DNA of 4,878 nucleotides from a virus (Duplodnaviria; Heunggongvirae; Uroviricota; Caudoviricetes): IMG/VR virus record IMGVR_UViG_2529292907_000020, positions 1 to 4,878 of that record; one strand, 5' to 3'. Shown piece by piece: positions 1 to 4,878 of this stretch (position 1 is its first letter; each line of letters starts with the position of its first letter). The notes under the pieces were generated by a model. It saw only the letters and a program-made list of their open reading frames with translations, ran no database searches and was not told where the DNA came from. The position numbers and the translations under genes were made by a program.

Positions 1-84
1 ATGGCGGGTTATTTGTCCTGGTTATTCCCCCGTTGTAAAATCTCTCCTAAACTTAACGGTACGGCACCACACTTCGGGGATGAA

Positions 85-276
85 ATGTTCGCGCTGGTAC
101 TTTTTGTTTGCTACCTGGATGGCGGTTGTGAAGATATCGTTGTGGATGTCTACAACACGGAACAGCAGTGTCTTTATTCTATGAGCGATCAACGGATCCG
201 CCATGGCGGTTGTTTTCCGATTGAGGATTTTATAGATGGTTTCTGGCGACCTGCACAGGAGTATGGTGATTTTTAA
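85..276 (+). CDS. yebW: YebW, small conserved protein of unknown function (63 aa); the open frame continues upstream to an ATG at position 1, so a longer N-terminus cannot be excluded
   Basis: Frame-1 ORF ending TAA 274-276; internal ATG at 85 gives 63 aa beginning MFALVLFVCYLDGGCEDIVV, matching my recollection of E. coli YebW; G-rich SD-like GGGGA 75-79; conserved position convergent with pphA. Confidence 0.6.
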   Translation: MFALVLFVCYLDGGCEDIVVDVYNTEQQCLYSMSDQRIRHGGCFPIEDFIDGFWRPAQEYGDF

Positions 277-933
277 TTATTGCAATTGCACAAGAGTCAG
301 TTCGCCCCCAAAGACAGCACCTGTATCAATATAATGCAGGTTGCCAATATCCACGCGATGGCGCAACGGTGTATGACCAAACCAGAAATGATCAGCACCT
401 GTAATTCCCTGCCCTTTTTGGCGTTCACCTAATCGCGAGCGGCTCCACAAGACCTGATGCAAATCAACGTCCTTTTGCCATTCATAAACATCATCTGGAT
501 AATCGGCATGAGCAATAACATGTTTGCCGGTGCGACTATGTACTTCAAGAATAAAGGGCAAATGCTGACATTTTTCCAGCGCCGTTTTCGCTTGTTTCTG
601 TTGATTATCTGCCAGCGCAATAAACCAGTCGCCGCCATTCATCAACCACAAAGACATCTGCTGGGATGCCAGCGCATCCATCGCCATCTGTTCATGATTG
701 CCTCTTACCGCACAAACCCAATGTTGTTCCAGTAACTGCAGACAACGTAAACTTTGCGGCCCACGATCGATAACGTCTCCCACTGAGATAAGTAAATCTC
801 GCCACGGATCAAAACGACAATGCCATAATTTGCGGCGCAACTGCTCAAGACAACCGTGTATATCGCCAGAAAGCCAGATATGTCGCCATTGATGACCCGC
901 AATTCTCTGATAAACGGGCGCAGGCTGTTTCAT
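277..933 (-). CDS. pphA: Serine/threonine-protein phosphatase 1 (PrpA/PphA), calcineurin-like metallophosphoesterase
   Basis: 218-aa minus-strand ORF beginning MKQPAPVYQRIAGHQWRHIWLSGDIHGC with GDxxDRG and GNHE metallophosphatase motifs; near-identical to recalled E. coli PrpA. True start taken as ATG at 933..931 (the ORF-track start at 936 is an in-frame TTG one codon upstream). Stop TAA at 279..277. Confidence 0.93.
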   Translation of the reverse strand: MKQPAPVYQRIAGHQWRHIWLSGDIHGCLEQLRRKLWHCRFDPWRDLLISVGDVIDRGPQSLRCLQLLEQHWVCAVRGNHEQMAMDALASQQMSLWLMNGGDWFIALADNQQKQAKTALEKCQHLPFILEVHSRTGKHVIAHADYPDDVYEWQKDVDLHQVLWSRSRLGERQKGQGITGADHFWFGHTPLRHRVDIGNLHYIDTGAVFGGELTLVQLQ

Positions 934-942
934 CAATATTTT

Positions 943-947
943 CCTCC
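943..947 (-). promoter_or_regulatory. Shine-Dalgarno sequence of pphA
   Basis: Minus-strand GGAGG (plus-strand CCTCC 943-947) followed by a 9-nt spacer and the ATG at 933. Confidence 0.5.
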
Positions 948-1067
948 CGCGCTAAAGATCACATAATCTTAACAAGAATGTTAAAAAACGCTGGACTCAG
1001 ACAGTAGAGTGTGTGTTATGGTTGACTATAAAGTCAGCGAAGGAAATGCTTCTGGCTTTTAACAGAT

Positions 1068-1090
1068 AAAAAGAGACCGAACACGATTCC
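1068..1090 (-). ncRNA. sdsR: 23-bp 3'-terminal segment of sRNA SdsR/RyeB (terminator loop, 3' half-stem and U-tail) lacking the upstream half of the terminator stem; interpreted as an att-core copy at an island junction, not a complete sRNA gene
   Basis: Minus-strand read ACAGGAATCGTGTTCGGTCTCTTTTT (1093..1068) matches my recollection of the SdsR 3' end; the complementary 5' half-stem (CCGAACAC-type) is absent upstream, where the sequence is ...GTTGTAA; the locus is next to pphA, where ryeA/ryeB normally lie. Confidence 0.4.
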
Positions 1091-1364
1091 TGTTTACAAC
1101 GCAAAACGAAATAACTTCTAAACTTCAACAAGTTAACACCAAAAACCCACTAAATAACACCTCCTGATACTTACTATTGCAATCATTGAAGATCAATCAG
1201 TTGCCATTGGTTTCGTGGCGCCGTCGGGAAATCTTCGGGATCAAAACTCCAGGACAGAAATTTCTATGGCACGCCATTACGCATGCCATCTGTAATGTGA
1301 AAAATCAGGTGGCAGAGCTAATGCAACCAATATGATTGCTCGCGCCCCATTCCATCAAAGGTTC

Positions 1365-1676
1365 CTATGCTGTTGCTTTAGTGACTTTCCCTTCCGCATA
1401 TTTCCAGCCACCAAAAATATCCGCCCCATCGGGCAGAACTGCGACTTCCGCAACACTATGCGAGGCTGGCCAAAGCGTGGTCACATCTGTTGCAATTGAC
1501 CGGACAACACCATCTTTGTCATACATTATCTTGATAGTGTCTTCGCTAAATAATTTCTGCGATGTGTACCACTCGCGTCCCTCTGAGTCTCTCAAAATCA
1601 GTGCGCCAAACCCCGCCAGCGCTTTCTCATCATCAGTTTCTGCAGATGACATAATAAAATTTTTCATATCCATCAT
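1365..1676 (-). CDS. Phage tail-fibre assembly (Tfa) protein, N-terminal domain only (103 aa; C-terminal half missing)
   Basis: ORF starting MMDMKNF...; segment KIMYDKDGVVRSIATDVTTLWPASHSVAEVAVLPDGADIFGGWKY resembles the N-terminal region of e14/lambda-type Tfa proteins as I recall them (for example KMVYDHNGVICCIEKDV...VVEVPD...SGKWMF); ATG at 1676..1674 overlaps the tail-fibre stop TGA (1675..1673) as ATGA; terminates at TAG 1367..1365 where full-length Tfa proteins continue for about 80 more residues. Confidence 0.7.
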   Translation of the reverse strand: MMDMKNFIMSSAETDDEKALAGFGALILRDSEGREWYTSQKLFSEDTIKIMYDKDGVVRSIATDVTTLWPASHSVAEVAVLPDGADIFGGWKYAEGKVTKATA

Positions 1677-2746
1677 GATAAACCTACCGTTACCCATTGT
1701 GTGCCAATAAGCATTTGAAGCGGACGAGCGTTTACAGTCTGCGCACCCGCTGTGAATGTAATACCCCGGATTAATAAGCCGGTATCGATAGAAATAAAGT
1801 TTGGGGTCGTCGTTCCTATGGTCGATACCGAGCCTTCCCTAAGTTTGATAACTCCTTTTGCTGACTCAGCAACGGTGACAGAGATATCTGCATCTGCCCC
1901 TCCGTTAAACATCGCATAGCCGTTAGCATCACCTGATACAGAAATTTTCCGCGCAGTAGTCAATGTGGCCACAGAATTAGGTGGATTCCTGCTCGTATAA
2001 ACTTCAGTCCAATTGCTTTCTGTTGTACCACTACGATTTTTAATGAAAATTCTCGGGTTATCAGTTCCGTTAAGGCTAAGCGCTATTCGCGAAGAATAGA
2101 AACTTGTCCCAGCAAAGTTGATATGAACATAATTCTGGTTTGGCTCAGGGTTTCCGGCATCACCGATGGGTAGCGTATAAACATTAGTAATGTCAGTGTT
2201 TGCAGAGGTGGCACCAACTCCGCCAAATCCGAATGCGCCAACCAACATGAGAGCGCCTGTTGTGCTATCAATAACAGATGCCTGAGCATTTTTTTTAGCA
2301 GCAGTACCGACTCCCAGATAATTTAACATGGAATCAGCGCTATCTCTTGCCAGTAAACTTCTGGCCGCCCCAGTAAAATCAGCAAGGGCAGCAACATCCG
2401 CACCTGTAAAATATGGAAGTTTGTTAGCTGAACCTGTAAGAGCAGCCAAGGTAGTCAAAGTGGCATCGAGTGGCTGGGAGGTTTTATTCATCGCTACAAT
2501 CAGCTTTGTTACCAGTCCTGCTACGTTGCCGTCATCAAGCACATCATTGCCGCCCTTATCACAAATAAACTGGGCCAGAGCCGAAGCAATAAATGTTGCC
2601 TGTCTAACCGCCTTGTTCACTTCTTTGGAACTGGCCTTTCCGGAAGAAAATCCCGTGGATAGTGCCGCCAGTGCGAGGTATTCTGCTTGAGTTAATACAT
2701 TCGCTCCACCAGCTGCGGCAAAAGGTTTAATATCATTAGTTGGCAT
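1673..2746 (-). CDS. Phage tail-fibre protein (357 aa) with a P2 gpH-like conserved block followed by a variable Gly/Thr/Ser-rich C-terminal region
   Basis: Block SQPLDATLTTLAALTGSANKLPYFTGADVAALADFTGAARSLLARDSADSMLNYLG parallels recalled P2 gpH KQPKDATLTALAGLATAADRFPYFTGNDVASLATLTKVGRDILAK...; GGAG 6 nt upstream of ATG 2746; followed by a translationally coupled tfa gene. Confidence 0.85.
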   Translation of the reverse strand: MPTNDIKPFAAAGGANVLTQAEYLALAALSTGFSSGKASSKEVNKAVRQATFIASALAQFICDKGGNDVLDDGNVAGLVTKLIVAMNKTSQPLDATLTTLAALTGSANKLPYFTGADVAALADFTGAARSLLARDSADSMLNYLGVGTAAKKNAQASVIDSTTGALMLVGAFGFGGVGATSANTDITNVYTLPIGDAGNPEPNQNYVHINFAGTSFYSSRIALSLNGTDNPRIFIKNRSGTTESNWTEVYTSRNPPNSVATLTTARKISVSGDANGYAMFNGGADADISVTVAESAKGVIKLREGSVSTIGTTTPNFISIDTGLLIRGITFTAGAQTVNARPLQMLIGTQWVTVGLS

Positions 2747-2748
2747 TG

Positions 2749-3191
2749 TTAACTCCAGTAACCATTATCAAATCCGGCAATAGCCGTATCCTGAATATCA
2801 AATCCGAACATTGGGTGTGCAGGATCGATAACATCAAGGCTTTTAACCCTGACGCCTGCTGCCTTCACTGTTAATTCACCAGCTTCGATTACTTCAATTA
2901 ACTCTGCCGATGTGTTGGCAATACCATTTAATGCAATTGCGTTAATGCTTATCGACATATCCATGTTGTCGATTATTTGCATCTCAATTCCGGTCCCTTC
3001 AAATACTTGATCAAGCAAGTCCTCAAGATCACCGACTGTTCCATCCCACTGGTTAATCGCTATCTGCGCTTTTAAGACCAATCGATAAACATCATCGCTG
3101 AGTACGGTAAAACCTGAGTCCGGATCATATGGTCCCTGCCAGTTTCCCTGGTCCCAACCAAGCCCGTCCGTATCCCACGAGAAATAGACAT
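2749..3191 (-). pseudogene. 5'-truncated phage tail/baseplate gene immediately upstream of the tail-fibre gene (position equivalent to P2 gene I), interrupted by the IS629 insertion
   Basis: Minus-strand frame is open from the IS629 boundary (3191) down to stop TAA 2751..2749 with no ATG at the 5' end (...FSWDTDGLGWDQGNWQGPYDPDSGFTVLSDDVYRLVLKAQIAINQWDG...GFDNGYWS*); the stop lies 2 nt before the tail-fibre ATG. Product family not confidently recognised. Confidence 0.5.
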
Positions 3192-3216
3192 TGAACCGCC
3201 CCGGAAATCCTGGAGA
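3192..3216 (+). repeat. IS629 left terminal inverted repeat (approximate extent)
   Basis: Begins with the TGAACCG motif typical of IS3-family termini, directly upstream of orfA; the right repeat is not in the window, so the length is not verified. Confidence 0.45.
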
Positions 3217-3245
3217 CTAAACTCCCTGAGAAAGAGGTAAACAGG

Positions 3246-3572
3246 ATGACTAAAAATACTCGTTTTTCCCCCGAAGTCCGTCAGCGGGCGATTCGTATGG
3301 TTCTGGAAAGTCAGGATGAATATGACTCACAGTGGGCGGCAATTTGTTCCATTGCCCCAAAGATTGGCTGTACGCCGGAGACTCTGCGTGTCTGGGTTCG
3401 CCAGCATGAGCGGGATACCGGGGGCGGTGATGGTGGGCTCACCAGCGCTGAACGTCAGCGTCTGAAAGAGCTGGAACGTGAAAATCGTGAACTGCGCCGC
3501 AGTAACGATATCCTTCGCCAGGCTTCCGCTTATTTTGCGAAGGCGGAGTTCGACCGCCTCTGGAAAAAATGA
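3246..3572 (+). CDS. IS629 transposase OrfA (108 aa, helix-turn-helix / leucine-zipper subunit)
   Basis: Full-length match to recalled IS629 OrfA; ends TGA 3570-3572 immediately after an A6 run. Confidence 0.9.
   Translation: MTKNTRFSPEVRQRAIRMVLESQDEYDSQWAAICSIAPKIGCTPETLRVWVRQHERDTGGGDGGLTSAERQRLKELERENRELRRSNDILRQASAYFAKAEFDRLWKK
3564..3569 (+). promoter_or_regulatory. Candidate -1 programmed ribosomal frameshift site (A6 run) at the orfA/orfB overlap
   Basis: AAAAAA at 3564-3569 followed by the orfA stop; orfB is in the -1 frame relative to orfA, as in IS3-family OrfAB fusion transposases. Confidence 0.45.
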
Positions 3573-3986
3573 TGCCACTGCTGGATAAGCTGCGTGAGCA
3601 GTACGGGGTCGGACCGGTATGCAGCGAACTGCATATTGCCCCGTCAACGTATTACCATTGTCAGCAACAGCGACATCATCCGGATAAACGCAGTGCCCGT
3701 GCGCAGCACGACGACTGGCTGAAGAGAGAGATACAGCGCGTATACGATGAAAATCATCAGGTGTACGGTGTGCGTAAAGTCTGGCGTCAGTTGTTACGGG
3801 AAGGAATCAGGGTGGCCAGATGTACAGTGGCACGTCTCATGGCGGTTATGGGACTTGCCGGTGTTCTCCGGGGTAAAAAGGTCCGTACGACCATCAGCCG
3901 GAAAGCCGTTGCCGCAGGCGACCGCGTAAACCGTCAGTTCGTGGCAGAACGACCTGACCAGCTGTGGGTGGCTGATTTTACTTACG
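3569..3986 (+). CDS. IS629 transposase OrfB, N-terminal 139 codons (5' exon); interrupted by a group II intron after ...WVADFTY
   Basis: Matches recalled IS629 OrfB up to DFTY, then diverges into intron sequence (GVPGVQ...stop at 4051) where IS629 reads VSTWQGF...; the DDE catalytic core would lie in the downstream exon outside the window. Confidence 0.85.
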
Positions 3987-4878
3987 GTGTGCCCGGAGTT
4001 CAGGGCGGGCATGGATGCTTAAATGAACCGCGAGTCTGTCTGGAATATTGAACCGGTAACTCACGATGAGAAACCCAACAATCCCACCGGGTGTGACGGT
4101 GGAGAACCTGAGCGGCAGTGACCTGCGGCATGCCCGCAGGGTGATGTAACCCGCTGACAACGGGGATTGAGGCGAGATCACTAAGCCGAGATGATCCTCA
4201 AGGTTAAGTACTGAAAGGCTGAAGAACATGAACCCGTTAATCCGCCTCTGTGGGTTGAAAACGTCACCACGGCCTACGTGATCTGACAGGCCGTGCAGGA
4301 GGAACTGGCAGTGATACGTAAGCACTGCCGGTCGAAGGTGTTTTGACATGTATGCGAAACACCGGGGCAGCAGCGTCTATCACACTTGCGTTGCTGACTT
4401 CTGCCAACTTGCGGCAAGCAAGGATAAAGAGTGCGACGGGCAGCCTCCTCAGTATGCCTGAGTCCAGGCAGGTAACCGGGGAAGGTCAGCGACGGATGTT
4501 AAGGGGGCATGGCTCCGATGACGCGCTGGCTGGCGGAGCTTCCGTAGTAGTCCGCGATGGGGAAAGCCCATTACATGGCGAAGGGAAGCAGTTTGAATGT
4601 GTTTGCGACGTGAATTAACTGACCTAACGAGGTGAAGACCTTTGATAATCAGCGAAATGCAACGCAAGCTTGCCACATGGGCAGCCACCGATCCGTCCCT
4701 ACGGATTCAACGGCTGCTGCGTCTGATAACACAACCAGAATGGCTGGCTGAAGCGGCGCGGATCACGCTTTCATCAAAGGGGGCCCATACCCCCGGCGTT
4801 GATGGCGTGAACAAAACAATGCTACAGGCCAGACTGGCTGTTGAGCTGCAAATCCTCAGGGATGAATTACTCTCAGGC
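3987..4878 (+). mobile_element. Group II intron (5' portion: ribozyme domains I-III and the start of domain IV with the intron-encoded protein ORF); extends beyond the window
   Basis: Begins GTGTG (GUGYG consensus) exactly where IS629 orfB homology stops; candidate EBS1 CGTAAG (4317-4322) is the exact reverse complement of the last 6 nt of the 5' exon (CTTACG 3981-3986); motif CCATTACATGGCGAAGGGAAGCAG upstream of the ORF resembles the corresponding region of Ll.LtrB as I recall it; downstream ORF encodes an RT-type N-terminus. Confidence 0.85.
4657..4878 (+). CDS. Group II intron-encoded reverse transcriptase/maturase, N-terminal 74 aa (partial, continues past the window end)
   Basis: Translation MQRKLATWAATDPSLRIQRLLRLITQPEWLAEAARITLSSKGAHTPGVDGVNKTMLQARLAVELQILRDELLSG carries the KGAxTPGVDG motif of group II RT domain 0; in-frame TTG at 4642 with GAGGTG (4629-4634) 7 nt upstream is an alternative start. 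Confidence 0.85.
   Translation, partial: MQRKLATWAATDPSLRIQRLLRLITQPEWLAEAARITLSSKGAHTPGVDGVNKTMLQARLAVELQILRDELLSG

Larger units (their letters stand above)
3192..3986 (+). mobile_element. IS629 (IS3 family), left portion from the left inverted repeat to the point where orfB is interrupted by a group II intron; the rest of the IS lies beyond the intron, outside the window
   Basis: Left terminus TGAACCGCCCCGG... at 3192 (IS3-family TG end); orfA and orfB products match recalled IS629 OrfA ([15 protein letters not shown]...) and OrfB ([22 protein letters not shown]...). Confidence 0.85.

Noticed and set aside
22-204. 60-aa minus-strand ORF antisense to yebW
   Set aside because: Entirely within and antisense to a conserved gene; no RBS; product not recognisable.
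429-902. Four overlapping ORFs (429..638 -, 457..735 +, 698..892 +, 705..902 -) inside pphA
   Set aside because: Out-of-frame or antisense to the well-supported pphA CDS; products are low-complexity or odd in composition; typical spurious ORFs.
1068-1171. A complete SdsR/RyeB sRNA gene on the minus strand
   Set aside because: Only the last ~23-26 nt match; the 5' half of the terminator stem and the sRNA body are absent, so I call an att-core remnant rather than an sRNA gene.
1336-1710. 124-aa plus-strand ORF
   Set aside because: Antisense to the tfa gene and the tail-fibre 3' end; no homology recognised.
2083-2690. ORFs 2083..2289 (-) and 2328..2690 (+) inside the tail-fibre gene
   Set aside because: Alternative-frame or antisense ORFs nested within the tail-fibre CDS; the plus-strand one is Ala/Ser-rich, as expected for the reverse complement of a Gly/Ala/Thr-rich gene.
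3327-4012. ORFs 3327..3647 (-), 3747..3929 (+), 3794..4012 (-) inside IS629
   Set aside because: Overlap the transposase genes in other frames or on the other strand; not part of the known IS629 coding layout.
3987-4051. 21-codon extension of orfB into the intron ([21 protein letters not shown])
   Set aside because: Read-through of unspliced intron sequence, not part of the transposase; the ORF-track end at 4051 is an artefact of the interruption.
3978-4688. ORFs 3978..4349 (-), 4343..4618 (+), 4449..4688 (-) within the intron 5' region
   Set aside because: Lie in the region expected to be structured ribozyme RNA (domains I-III); no recognisable protein features; the genuine intron ORF starts around 4657 on the plus strand.
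1-4878. CRISPR arrays, tRNA/rRNA genes, a DNA invertase gene or gix/cix crossover site, toxin-antitoxin or other defence systems
   Set aside because: No direct-repeat/spacer periodicity or RNA-gene signatures seen; no invertase-like ORF; looked for AAACC..GGTTT-type crossover sites near the tail-fibre variable-region boundary and found none; no compact defence-type operon is present.

Overview
This window is an enterobacterial (E. coli/Shigella-type) chromosomal edge running into a decayed, nested mobile-element region. Left to right: the 3' end of yebW (+) abutting convergent pphA/prpA (-, serine/threonine phosphatase 1); the pphA upstream intergenic region carrying what I read as the 23-bp 3'-terminal core of the sRNA gene sdsR/ryeB without the rest of its terminator, the signature of an att-site junction at the known ryeA/ryeB insertion hot spot; then, all on the minus strand, a phage tail-fibre module (C-terminally truncated tail-fibre assembly gene, an intact 357-aa tail-fibre gene with a P2 gpH-like conserved block, and a 5'-truncated upstream tail/baseplate gene); then an IS629 (IS3 family) copy inserted into that upstream gene, with intact orfA and an orfB interrupted after codon 139 by a group II intron that runs off the window end and includes the start of its reverse transcriptase/maturase ORF. 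I found no CRISPR array, no tRNA/rRNA and no recognisable defence or toxin system; the main interest is the three-level nesting (intron in IS in prophage remnant in an sRNA-locus att site). All homology statements are from recalled protein sequences, not searches.
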